Part shown: piece after piece, positions 17,460 through 26,096 of the stretch
How positions within the stretch are numbered: the stretch's first letter is position 1
Layout of the letters: every line of letters begins with the position of its first letter
NCBI GenBank assembly: GCA_963777605.1
Contig: CAVZRV010000045.1
Span: 1 to 34,248, forward strand
Length of the DNA: 34,248 nt
Source of the DNA: an uncultured Acidobacteriota bacterium
Lineage (GTDB): Bacteria; Acidobacteriota; UBA6911; RPQK01; JAPXNP01
Reading direction: 5' to 3'
Notes under the pieces: generated by a model
The model's input: only the letters and a program-made list of their open reading frames with translations
What the model was told of the DNA's origin: nothing
The model's database searches: none
Program-made: the position numbers and the translations under genes

Positions 17460-18814
17460 TCTTTGCGATCCTCCCGGCCGGGGAGTTCGATGCCGAGTGT
17501 CTTGATCTTGCGAAACAGAGTGCTCGGGTTGATCCCCAATTCCCTGGCTGCGGCCGCACGATTTCCATGGTTTCGGCGTACCGCTTCAATGATATGAACG
17601 ATTTCCCAGTCCTTGAGTGCCAGCGCCCTTTCGTTTGCCGGAAATGCCCCTCCGACTTTCGGGGCGAGGTCCAAGGGAAGATGATCCGGGCCGATAAAGC
17701 CCTCCCGGCAGAGAATGAACGCATGCTCAATGATGTTCTCGAGTTCACGAACGTTTCCCGGGTAGTCGTGGTTCAGGAGGATTTTCAGAGCGTCTTCTGA
17801 AACCCCGGTCAGGGTTTTTCCCTGCAGTCGATTGAACTTGGAGATGAAGTGCTCGATGAGGATCGGGATATCTTGCCGGCGATCTTTTAACAGAGGAATA
17901 GTCAGCGCGAAAACATTAATGCGGTAGTAAAGGTCGTTCCGAAATTCGCCCCTGGCGACCAATTCCTTCAGGTTCCGGTTGGTTGCGGCAATGACTCGAA
18001 CGTTGATCTTGATCGGTCTGACCGACCCCAGCGGTTCGATGACCTTCTCCTGGAGCACCCTGAGCAGTCGTGACTGCATGGCGGGGGACACGTCACCGAT
18101 CTCGTCGAGCAGGATCGTTCCTCCCTCCGCGGCCAGAAACTTACCCGGCTTGTCATTTCGGGCATCCGTGAAGGCGCCTGCTTTGTGCCCGAACAACTCG
18201 GATTCGAGCAACGTATCGGGAAGAGCGCCACAGTTTATGGCCAGGAACCTCTTGTTTCGCCGGTCCGACAAGCTGTGGATCGCCCGGGCAAAGAGCTCTT
18301 TGCCCGTCCCGCTTGCCCCTTCGATCAGAATGGTGCTGTCACTGCGTGCCACATCGGGCAGTATGTCGAACAACCGGCGCATCGGTTGACTGCGCCCGAT
18401 GATGTCCGCAAAGGTGTAATTTTGCTGAACCTGTTTTCGAAGTTCCTCAACAAGGCTCATGTCCCGAAAGGTCTCGATGCCTCCGATTGTCTCGCCCTTT
18501 CGGTTCTTCAAAATTGCCGTGGACAAGGATACGGGCACCCGGCGTCCATGCACGTCCAGAATGAAGATGTGCTTCGCAATCACCGGGCGTCCGGTTTTCA
18601 TGGTTTGGCGGAGAGCGCATTCGGATTCACATACGCTCGCCCGGAACACCTCGCAGCAGGGCCGACCAAGCGCCTCCTCGGCAGGAACCCCTGTGATTGT
18701 CGTAGCTGCCTTGTTGAAGGCAATGATTCGCCATTCCTGGTCAACCGCAAAAACCCCGTCTGAGACCGAGTTCAGCATGGCGTCACAGAGATTGAGATCC
18801 GTTGGACGATTCAT
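17456..18814 (-). CDS. PAS-domain sigma54-dependent activator, OrpR-like (copy 2)
   Basis: Start ATG 18814 (MNRPTD..); PAS CCEVFRASVCESEC (C-X8-C-X3-C); GASGTGKE, ESELFG, GAFTDA variant, YPGNVREL; Fis HTH. Confidence 0.95.
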   Translation of the reverse strand: MNRPTDLNLCDAMLNSVSDGVFAVDQEWRIIAFNKAATTITGVPAEEALGRPCCEVFRASVCESECALRQTMKTGRPVIAKHIFILDVHGRRVPVSLSTAILKNRKGETIGGIETFRDMSLVEELRKQVQQNYTFADIIGRSQPMRRLFDILPDVARSDSTILIEGASGTGKELFARAIHSLSDRRNKRFLAINCGALPDTLLESELFGHKAGAFTDARNDKPGKFLAAEGGTILLDEIGDVSPAMQSRLLRVLQEKVIEPLGSVRPIKINVRVIAATNRNLKELVARGEFRNDLYYRINVFALTIPLLKDRRQDIPILIEHFISKFNRLQGKTLTGVSEDALKILLNHDYPGNVRELENIIEHAFILCREGFIGPDHLPLDLAPKVGGAFPANERALALKDWEIVHIIEAVRRNHGNRAAAARELGINPSTLFRKIKTLGIELPGREDRKD

Positions 18815-19026
18815 GCTCAGCAAAGTCCTTTTCCGGGGATGCTCGGCGTGCAGGCAATCCCGGTGGAGATGCGGGTTCGGTCCCCCAGCGGTAGATCCTT
18901 GCGAAAGAACCGGGTGGCCGGATCCGCTCAGGACACTAGTATATACGCCGATCCTCGACAGTAGCCCGAGACATCTGATCGCAAGTCGGAGAATTGTTGA
19001 CTTTGCCAGTCGAGCCGGAGATGCGC

Positions 19027-19066
19027 GCAGATTGCGGCATCGGGCTCGGTGATCATTGCAAAATGC
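19027..19066. promoter_or_regulatory. Tandem GCA-N3-TGC enhancer-like sites, 31 bp apart
   Basis: GCAGATTGC 19027-19035 and GCAAAATGC 19058-19066; CATTGCAAAATGC recurs exactly at 23803-23815. Confidence 0.55.
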
Positions 19067-19157
19067 GTCGGTCTGCGTTTGGATCGGGCCTTGGTGCGGG
19101 TGTGATCCGGCTGAGCGAATCAGTGGGGATGAGTCTTTCGGTGTTCCAACCAGGCGT

Positions 19158-19173
19158 TGGAAACAAACATGCT
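19158..19173 (+). promoter_or_regulatory. Sigma54 promoter P2 (upstream of the NTP-transferase operon)
   Basis: TGGAAACAAACATGCT, GG-N10-GC, about 93 bp downstream of the tandem sites. Confidence 0.5.
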
Positions 19174-19348
19174 TCCAAAAGCCAGCGAGGGTATTCCCGG
19201 TCGGGTTTGAATGCTCAGCTTTGACTTTCTCACCGTTACGGGTCCCGGAAGACGAACAATTCGAGCATGGGGTTAGGCAATGGTCCGAGTTCCCGTTCAA
19301 TATCGATTGCCGACCACCTGCTCCACATCAATCAGGAGAACGGTTGCT

Positions 19349-20320
19349 ATGAATGTTCCTCATTCTCTTTGGTCGATTATTCTCGCTGGAGGCCAGGGTG
19401 AGCGGATGTGCCCCCTGGTTTCCCGATGTTTCGAGCAAGGACGTCCGAAGCAGTACTGCCGCTTTTGCGGTCCGAAATCGATGTTGGAGCAGACTATTGA
19501 GAGAGCCCTGGACCTGGTTGAGCCTGACCGCCTGATCACTGTCATTGGGTCGGGACATCGTGGTTTTCTTGGGAGCAGGGTTCCCGGTCGGGTTCTTGAG
19601 CAACCGGAAATGCGTGGCACCGCCGTCGGAGTCTTTTGGCCCCTGGTGCGCGTCCTCAACGCCGATCCTGATGCGACAGTCCTGGTCCTTCCATCCGACC
19701 ACTACTTCTACCCGCGGGCAGCGCTTCTTTCCCAATTGGAAGCCGCTTGCCAGTTAGCGAACGAGCATTCCCAAAAGGCCATTCTTGTGGGAGCCATTCC
19801 GGATGCTCCGGAAACCGATTACGGTTGGATCGAACCCGTTGCGCGTTCGGCTTCGCACGATCATGCAGTGAGGTACTTCGAAGTCTCAAGTTTTCACGAG
19901 AAACCGTCCCAGACGCTGGCCAAACGTTGGTTCGAAGACGGCTACCTGTGGAACACGATGATCACGATCGGCCGGGCTGAGACTCTTTGGAAGATGGGCC
20001 GGGAGGTGTTGCCCGATGTAGTCAGAACACTGGAGGAGGTTGGTTTCGGGAAAGGCCCCAGAGCAGGGATCCTCTCTTGTGAAGATCCCTGGAGGAGAGT
20101 GTACGAGAAACTCCCGAACCGGGATTTTTCACGTGATTTTCTGGCGCAGGTTGCCCCCCGAAGCCTGGTGATGCCTCTTGATGGAGTCTTCTGGAGTGAT
20201 TGGGGGCGTCCGGAGCGACTCTACCAGTCACTGAACCGAATGAGAGAGGCCTACCCTGAGTGGATCGACAGCCCGGATTGCGCCAGCTTGGAACAGGTTT
20301 GGAACCGTTGGGCTTCCTAA
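19349..20320 (+). CDS. Sugar-phosphate nucleotidyltransferase (mannose-1-phosphate guanylyltransferase-like, no PMI cupin domain)
   Basis: ILAGGQGER, PKQY, LEQP..RGTA, LPSDH, TDYGWI, FHEKP, WSDWG; SD AGGAG before ATG 19349. Confidence 0.9.
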   Translation: MNVPHSLWSIILAGGQGERMCPLVSRCFEQGRPKQYCRFCGPKSMLEQTIERALDLVEPDRLITVIGSGHRGFLGSRVPGRVLEQPEMRGTAVGVFWPLVRVLNADPDATVLVLPSDHYFYPRAALLSQLEAACQLANEHSQKAILVGAIPDAPETDYGWIEPVARSASHDHAVRYFEVSSFHEKPSQTLAKRWFEDGYLWNTMITIGRAETLWKMGREVLPDVVRTLEEVGFGKGPRAGILSCEDPWRRVYEKLPNRDFSRDFLAQVAPRSLVMPLDGVFWSDWGRPERLYQSLNRMREAYPEWIDSPDCASLEQVWNRWAS

Positions 20321-20361
20321 CTGGCGCCCCGGGTCACAAAAGGAGATGCGTGCGAATTTAC

Positions 20362-20380
20362 GGCCCAGGGCCCCTGGGCC
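20362..20380. other. GC-rich intergenic hairpin GGCCCAGG-GCC-CCTGGGCC
   Basis: Perfect 8-bp stem just before the SD of the CooC-like gene; resembles the CCCAGGGC REP arm at 29977. Confidence 0.45.
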
Positions 20381-20395
20381 GACAGGAGATCGTCG

Positions 20396-21310
20396 ATGGA
20401 CCAACACATTTTGGCCGGAACGAGGGTTGGCGTACTTGGAAAAGGGGGAGCCGGGAAGAGTACCCTGACGGTGCTCCTGGCTAAGTCTCTCCGGAGGCTC
20501 GGTTACGAGGTCTGTGTTCTCGATGCTGACTCAACGAATTTGGGCCTCGATCGGGTTCTCGGCCTTCCTTCCCCACCGGCTCCGCTGATTGAGTATTTTG
20601 GCGGGACGGTCTTCATTGGCGGACGAGTCAGTTGTCCCGTTGATGACCCATCACCTCTGCCGGGTGCCCGAGTCTCAGTCGAAGAGTTGCCCAAGAATTA
20701 CTATTCCGTTACGTCCGAGGGGATCCTCTATCTTGTGGCAGGGAAGATCGGTGAGTACGGCCCAGGATCGGGTTGCGACGGGCCTGTTTCAAAGATCGTG
20801 CGGGATGTGCGGATCGTCGGCAATCGAGAACCGTATGTCACCCTGATCGACTTCAAGGCGGGCTTCGAAGAGATCGCACGGGGTGTAGTTGCGAGTCTCG
20901 ACCATATCGTGGTCGTTGTCGACCCGACGACTGCCGCGATACAGATGGCGTCGGATCTTTATGAATCCGTTCGCAAAATCAGAGGCGGAGTCCGTCCGGC
21001 CACGAAGCACTTGCAGAGGGCTGAACTGGTTGCGATCGCAAATCTGAATTTCGAACTGGCGGAGATCACGGGTTTCTTCGTCGTTCTGAATCGAGTCCGC
21101 GACCCCGAAGGAGAGATTCGAATGATTCAGCGACTTCGAGGGCGGGGACTTGATCCAACCCTGACCATACCCGACGATCTCTCGATTGCCGGCGCCTGGT
21201 TGGAAGAGGTTCCTTTCGAACTGCAGGATGAGGGCGGGATCAACGAAATGATCCGACAGCTTGAAGAGTCAGCAACGCCGAAAGGCCAAGCCACGGAGGT
21301 CGCCCAATGA
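20396..21310 (+). CDS. CooC-like (Ni-insertase family) P-loop ATPase
   Basis: GKGGAGKST deviant Walker A, LDADS.NL, GKI...GSGC, DFKAGFE, VVDPT, VLNRV. Confidence 0.8.
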   Translation: MDQHILAGTRVGVLGKGGAGKSTLTVLLAKSLRRLGYEVCVLDADSTNLGLDRVLGLPSPPAPLIEYFGGTVFIGGRVSCPVDDPSPLPGARVSVEELPKNYYSVTSEGILYLVAGKIGEYGPGSGCDGPVSKIVRDVRIVGNREPYVTLIDFKAGFEEIARGVVASLDHIVVVVDPTTAAIQMASDLYESVRKIRGGVRPATKHLQRAELVAIANLNFELAEITGFFVVLNRVRDPEGEIRMIQRLRGRGLDPTLTIPDDLSIAGAWLEEVPFELQDEGGINEMIRQLEESATPKGQATEVAQ

Positions 21311-21786
21311 AGATACTGTTAGCCGTAGACGGATCGCTTTGCAGTGATGCCGCAATTACCGAGGTTGCCACTCGACCCTGGCCCATCGGGAGTTCAGTGG
21401 TGATTCTCTACGTTGTCCACGCCCGCGTGCCACAGATCCCAGATCCGTTCTTCTCGCTTTACGCCGCCCATGAGCAGTTCCTGGAGGAAGAGCAGGAATC
21501 CGGGCAAAGGCGGGTCGTAAATGCGGCGGAGCGAATCAGGAAGAATCCCACGATCGACTTTGTAGACGTCGAGACGATTGAAGGATCTCCCAAAAAGTCG
21601 ATCCTCAAGGAGGCTGGGAGGATTGCCGCAGACCTGGTGGTGCTTGGAAGTCACGGCTATGGCGCCATCGGCCGAATCGTGCGAGGATCGGTCTCCCAGG
21701 CCGTTCTCTCTGAAGCCCACTGTACTGTAGAAGTAATCCGTTCACCGCAGGGACCCGTCCTTTCCGCGTCGAGGCCATGCAATTAG
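21307..21786 (+). CDS. Universal stress protein
   Basis: KILLAVDGS; DLVVLGSHG..GSVSQAV..AHCTVEVIR. Confidence 0.95.
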   Translation: MKILLAVDGSLCSDAAITEVATRPWPIGSSVVILYVVHARVPQIPDPFFSLYAAHEQFLEEEQESGQRRVVNAAERIRKNPTIDFVDVETIEGSPKKSILKEAGRIAADLVVLGSHGYGAIGRIVRGSVSQAVLSEAHCTVEVIRSPQGPVLSASRPCN

Positions 21787-22610
21787 GCGAGAATCTGCTT
21801 CAAGCTCTCCAGATCACGCTCCTGGTCCTTGTGATGATGATTCTGGTGGATCTGGTGGATGTGCGAACCCAGGGCCGTTTGCGATCTCTACTCAGGGGAG
21901 GACAGTGGCGCCAGTACACCCTCACCTCTCTCCTCGGCGCAACACCCGGCTGCCTTGGGGCGTTCATGTCGGTGACCCTGTACGTGCATGGTGTCGTAAC
22001 TTTCGGGGCGATCGTCGCCTGTATGATCGCCACTTCCGGGGATGAAGCATTTGTAATGCTCGCCATGTTTCCCAAGCAGGCATTGCTCCTGTTCGGCCTG
22101 CTGTTCGTTTTGGGGGTCGTCTTCGGCTGGATCGCTGATCGCGTTGCCGCCCTGCTCCGCATTATTCCCTGTGAGAAATGCGTCAAGCAGGAACACCATC
22201 CGGGCCACGAGACGGCGGGTCATTACTTGCGGGATCATGTCTGGGGACATATTGTGAGGCGCCACATCTGGAGGGTCTTTGCGTGGACGTTCCTGGCGCT
22301 CTTGATTGTCAGCAGCGGGACTCAATATTGGGATTTGGGGTCAATCGTCAAATCTCACCTGGGCATGGTGCTCATATTGAGCGCATTGTTTGGGATCATT
22401 CCGGAATCGGGCCCAAATCTGATCTTTGTGACTCTCTTCGCCAGTGGCATGATTCCGTTTTCGGTCTTGCTGACCAACTCCATCGTCCAGGATGGGCACG
22501 GGATGCTGCCGCTCCTGTCTCATACTGTCAGAGACTCAATTCTCATCAAGATTCTGAACCTGATATTCGGATTGGGCGTTGGGGGATTAGTTTACCTTGC
22601 GGGTTTCTGA
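21777..22610 (+). CDS. Putative metal permease (ArsP_2/DUF2899 'putative manganese transporter' type)
   Basis: LLGATPGCLG, ATSGDEAFV, GIIPESGP, SIVQDGHG motifs; multiple TM helices; CxxC/His-rich loop CEKC..EHHPGH. Confidence 0.85.
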   Translation: MQLGENLLQALQITLLVLVMMILVDLVDVRTQGRLRSLLRGGQWRQYTLTSLLGATPGCLGAFMSVTLYVHGVVTFGAIVACMIATSGDEAFVMLAMFPKQALLLFGLLFVLGVVFGWIADRVAALLRIIPCEKCVKQEHHPGHETAGHYLRDHVWGHIVRRHIWRVFAWTFLALLIVSSGTQYWDLGSIVKSHLGMVLILSALFGIIPESGPNLIFVTLFASGMIPFSVLLTNSIVQDGHGMLPLLSHTVRDSILIKILNLIFGLGVGGLVYLAGF

Positions 22611-22692
22611 GAACGGCCTGAAGGCAGGTGCGGTGAGTACAATCGGAGCCGAACCATCGCCGGTCGTGCGTCCCGTCACCGGGTGGGACCGG

Positions 22693-23577
22693 TCAAGCTC
22701 GAGATCTGGCAACGGTCCCGGCGGGTCTGCTTATCAACTCTCCAAGCGTGGCTTTGTCGAGGCGGCTTTCAGAATCGTCTGGGCAGAGTGTTATCTGAAT
22801 CCGGAGCAGGTCGTCCAGGGCATTCAGGAGCCCATGTACGTCCATTGCCTGGATCCAGGGTTTTCCGGCAATTTCGACGAGCTGATTCAAAACCCGCGCG
22901 GCGCTCGTGCACATCTCAAGGTCGACGACATATTCGACACAGCCCGCCCGATCCAGAACGAGTTCCAGGCGGTCTGGTTCAAAGTACCAGTCCCCCCACC
23001 GCTGTTGAAAATTCTCTCCTCCGTGGTTCATGGCTGATCTCCCGAAGCTTCGATTCAAGGATTGGCTGTCCTTCCCGACGTGGCCTGGTTGCAGAGCGCT
23101 CTGGGTCACATGAGGCCAGGGCGGCACTGGCTCTGCACTGAAGTCGGTTGACGTGCGGAGCGTGGCCATCCCATGATTTGATTCCATATCCCGGGAGAGT
23201 TGGTAAGAGTTCCACTCCGGACGTGCGTCACCGGCCGAATACTGGTCGAGGAGTTTTCGAAGCTGCCTGTCCGGATGCGGCCCGACGAATTTGCCGACCA
23301 ACCTGCAATCGTAGAACACAAGAATGGTGGGGATTCCTTGGATGCAGAACTTCGCCGCAAATTCCGGCCACTGTTCAACATCAACACGGGCAAGCACACA
23401 CCGGCCTTCGAATTCTTCTGCATTCCGTTCCAGCGTGTCGGCAACTTCGCTGCAGGCACAGCTTCGCTCAGCCCAAAACTCGAGAAGTACGATTCGTTCT
23501 CGTGACGCCCCGAGGATCTTCTCTTCAAACTCGTCCGGCGAGAGCTTCAGAATCAGGCCCGGCACTTTTTCGGACAT
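22693..23577 (-). CDS. Thioredoxin-fold protein with atypical active site, in frame with a C-terminal hypothetical domain (possibly a separate gene from ATG 23031)
   Basis: VLLEFWAERSCAC, ARVDVE, IQGIPTILVF; an unstructured-looking linker; internal GGGAG + ATG at 23031 (MNHGG..WGDW..YVVDLE). Confidence 0.7.
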   Translation of the reverse strand: MSEKVPGLILKLSPDEFEEKILGASRERIVLLEFWAERSCACSEVADTLERNAEEFEGRCVLARVDVEQWPEFAAKFCIQGIPTILVFYDCRLVGKFVGPHPDRQLRKLLDQYSAGDARPEWNSYQLSRDMESNHGMATLRTSTDFSAEPVPPWPHVTQSALQPGHVGKDSQSLNRSFGRSAMNHGGENFQQRWGDWYFEPDRLELVLDRAGCVEYVVDLEMCTSAARVLNQLVEIAGKPWIQAMDVHGLLNALDDLLRIQITLCPDDSESRLDKATLGELISRPAGTVARSRA

Positions 23578-23806
23578 GAGGGCTTCCCTTCAAGCCGCCA
23601 GTCTTCATTTCACGACACGGGTTGCCGCAAGCAGGTGGCGGCCCCTTGAATTGCAGGTTGGCTGGTTGGTTGCCGTGTCCGCAACATGATCACACTTTCG
23701 TTTCAAGCAAGCCGCATTCCATAAGGGACACTCGCTCTATTGGCTTAAATCCTTTGCCGGAGAGGACTTGGAAGATGCTGGACTTGGAGGAGCCTGACGG
23801 GGCCAT

Positions 23807-23847
23807 TGCAAAATGCCTGTGCAGGAACGCTTGTCGTTGCACGGTGC
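23807..23847. promoter_or_regulatory. Tandem GCA-N3-TGC enhancer-like sites, 32 bp apart
   Basis: GCAAAATGC 23807-23815 and GCACGGTGC 23839-23847. Confidence 0.55.
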
Positions 23848-23970
23848 GGCTATTTTGGGACGTTCTAAACGAGTTTTCGATGCGGCACGTTAGTTGGTTG
23901 AACCGCGCTCCATCAATCACGGCAAGGAAAGACTGGTGAATTTGAAAAGGCGGTACCAGCACGCCATTTC

Positions 23971-23986
23971 TGGAAGATAACTTGCA
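23971..23986 (+). promoter_or_regulatory. Sigma54 promoter P3
   Basis: TGGAAGATAACTTGCA, GG-N10-GC with TTGC; GTG start 14 nt after the -12 C. Confidence 0.7.
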
Positions 23987-23998
23987 ACGAAGCCCGGC

Positions 23999-24382
23999 GT
24001 GAAAGTCGCAGTACCCTACTGGAGGGGGCGAGTCTCTCCGGTCTTCGATGTGGCGAGCGATCTTCTTGTGCTCGACTTGGGGATGACCGGACAAGTCGCT
24101 GGTTCCGAGAAGAGTATCGTTCTAGACGATCTCGCACGCCGCGCAAGCCAGGTTGCCGAACTAGGCGTAGACCTTCTGATCTGTGGCGCCATTTCGAGAC
24201 CGCTCAGGATACTCCTGGAATCGAAGGGCATCCAGGTTTTGGATGGTGTGTGCGGCGACGTCCCTGGAGTCGTAAGAGCTTACGCAGATGGGCGGCTGGA
24301 TGACCAAACATTTGCGATGCCCGGGGCCAAAACGCGTCAAAGGTTTGCGGGAACCCGAAAACCCTGGCGAAACCAGGAGTAG
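23999..24382 (+). CDS. NifB/NifX-family (COG1433) protein, paralog of 12210..12620
   Basis: MKVAVP..GRVSPVFD, LICGAISRPL, FAMPG; no SD, consistent with a leaderless transcript. Confidence 0.9.
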   Translation: MKVAVPYWRGRVSPVFDVASDLLVLDLGMTGQVAGSEKSIVLDDLARRASQVAELGVDLLICGAISRPLRILLESKGIQVLDGVCGDVPGVVRAYADGRLDDQTFAMPGAKTRQRFAGTRKPWRNQE

Positions 24383-24403
24383 GTTCCCCCGCTCTATTTC
24401 ACC

Positions 24404-25900
24404 TCATCCTTCAGTTCCAGTGGCTGCCTCGGTTCCCTCAAGGATGGAAAGTGCCTCGGCTTCGCTCATCACGGGGTTTTCGTGGTCTACACCGAGGGCG
24501 CCGGTCATCCAGGGGTAGATCTGGGTGATGTCGACCAGGCCGAGTTGGGCCGCCGTGGTTCCTGCCCCGTAGACCGCGACCGGGACTGGGCCCGCGGTGT
24601 GCTGTCCGGCCGAATACTGGATGTTCAAGTTGTCCGGGTCGTCGAAATTCATGCCGCCGGCAACCACCGAGGCCAGCGAGTTGGCCGGTTGCTCGTGGTA
24701 GGCGGCGATGTTCGCGATGCGGGGATGCCCCTGGATGGCGTCTGCGATGATCGAGGCCTTTTCCGGTTTCAGGTTGAGCCCCAGGTACGTTCCCGCCGCC
24801 TCGGCGATGTCGGAAGCCTGTGGAGACGATCCGAGTTGACCCAGGATGTGTTCGTAGGATGCCTTTCTCGAGCCGATCCGATCAAAGGAGGTGGAGGACC
24901 GCTGGTACTCGCTTCCGATTCCGTATATGGCGCCGCCGCCGGTCCCGTGATCGGCTCCGAGAATCAGGAGCGTTCCCGGGTTCCGGTCGGTGAAATCAAG
25001 GATGCTCTCAAGTGCTTCGTCGGCAGCCAGCACGTCCCACAGCATGGCTCCGGGATCGTTGTTGTGGTTGGCGTGGTCGATTCGTCCAGCTTCGACCTGG
25101 ACGACGAATCCTCCGGACGAAGCCGACAGCAGGTCGAGGCCCTTGCGGGTCATGTCGGCCAGGCTTGGCCCTTCGACTCCCTGATAGCGGCGGTCGATTT
25201 CGTAGGGCATGTGCGAGTTGCTGAACGTGCCGAGTACTCGAGATCCTTTAAACGCCCCCATTTCGTCAACCGTCTTCAGTACCGAGTAGCCCTTGGCAGC
25301 AAATGCCCCGTAGAGATCTCGACCGTCTCCTCGGGTAGCGGAGCCGAAGTGCCGCGCGCCCCCTCCCAGAATCACGTCGGGCTGCAACTCCAGGTACTGG
25401 GTGGCGATCTCGTCTTCGTCGTCCCGGTTTTCGACGTGGACGGAGCATCCGGCCGGCGTTGCGTGGGTAACCCGGGCGGTCGTAATGAGGCCGGTTGCTT
25501 TGCCCTGTCCCTTCGCCACTTCCAGGATCGTCGTCAGCTTCCGTCCATCCGGAAAGACACCAATGTTGCCGTTTGCCGTCTTTCGTCCCGTCCCAAACGC
25601 TGTTGACGCAGCGGCAGAATCGGTGATGATGCTGGTCAGGCTGTGGGTGAACATCGAGCCTGCCCTGCCCAGGGTCAGGAGGCGCTCCAGGGCCAGGGCC
25701 TTCCCCTGGCTGCGGTGCATGAAGTGGCGGGCAACCGCCAGGTCTTCCCAGCTGAATCCGTCATAGACATAGAAGATGATGTTTCGCGCCGAACCAACCG
25801 GCGGCTGGGGGTGAATCGACTGGGCGGCGCCAAATCTGGAAGTCAAGGCCGCTCCCATCCCAACCAGTCCCGAGTGGGTCAAGAAATCCCGTCGTTTCAT
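24404..25900 (-). CDS. phoA: Tat-exported PhoA-type alkaline phosphatase
   Basis: MKRRDFL twin-arginine signal; NIIFYVYDG, TDSAA (catalytic Ser), THATPA, VEAGRIDHANH, ADHGTGG. Confidence 0.92.
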   Translation of the reverse strand: MKRRDFLTHSGLVGMGAALTSRFGAAQSIHPQPPVGSARNIIFYVYDGFSWEDLAVARHFMHRSQGKALALERLLTLGRAGSMFTHSLTSIITDSAAASTAFGTGRKTANGNIGVFPDGRKLTTILEVAKGQGKATGLITTARVTHATPAGCSVHVENRDDEDEIATQYLELQPDVILGGGARHFGSATRGDGRDLYGAFAAKGYSVLKTVDEMGAFKGSRVLGTFSNSHMPYEIDRRYQGVEGPSLADMTRKGLDLLSASSGGFVVQVEAGRIDHANHNNDPGAMLWDVLAADEALESILDFTDRNPGTLLILGADHGTGGGAIYGIGSEYQRSSTSFDRIGSRKASYEHILGQLGSSPQASDIAEAAGTYLGLNLKPEKASIIADAIQGHPRIANIAAYHEQPANSLASVVAGGMNFDDPDNLNIQYSAGQHTAGPVPVAVYGAGTTAAQLGLVDITQIYPWMTGALGVDHENPVMSEAEALSILEGTEAATGTEG

Positions 25901-26096
25901 CAGTGCGTACCTCCAGGGACGATCGCCCTGCCTGTGAATTTATGAGCATTCCAATCCGTCGACGGAGCCGAAGCTCGTCGCGTCGAACCGAATTGTACCT
26001 TGAATTAGCCGATTACCCAGGTTGTGCTGCAGGCGCGGGACGACTTGAAAGTCAGGGTAGGATAATCATCACTGATTGTCTCCGCGGCCGAAGCCA

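Noticed and set aside
18815-19300. N-terminal extension of activator 2 (614-aa ORF)
   Set aside because: Covers the enhancer/promoter region; the PAS domain starts just after ATG 18814.
12210-24382. Nitrogen fixation cluster suggested by NifB/NifX labels
   Set aside because: No nifH/D/K/E/N; COG1433 with COG1149 ATPases is the ORP-type context.
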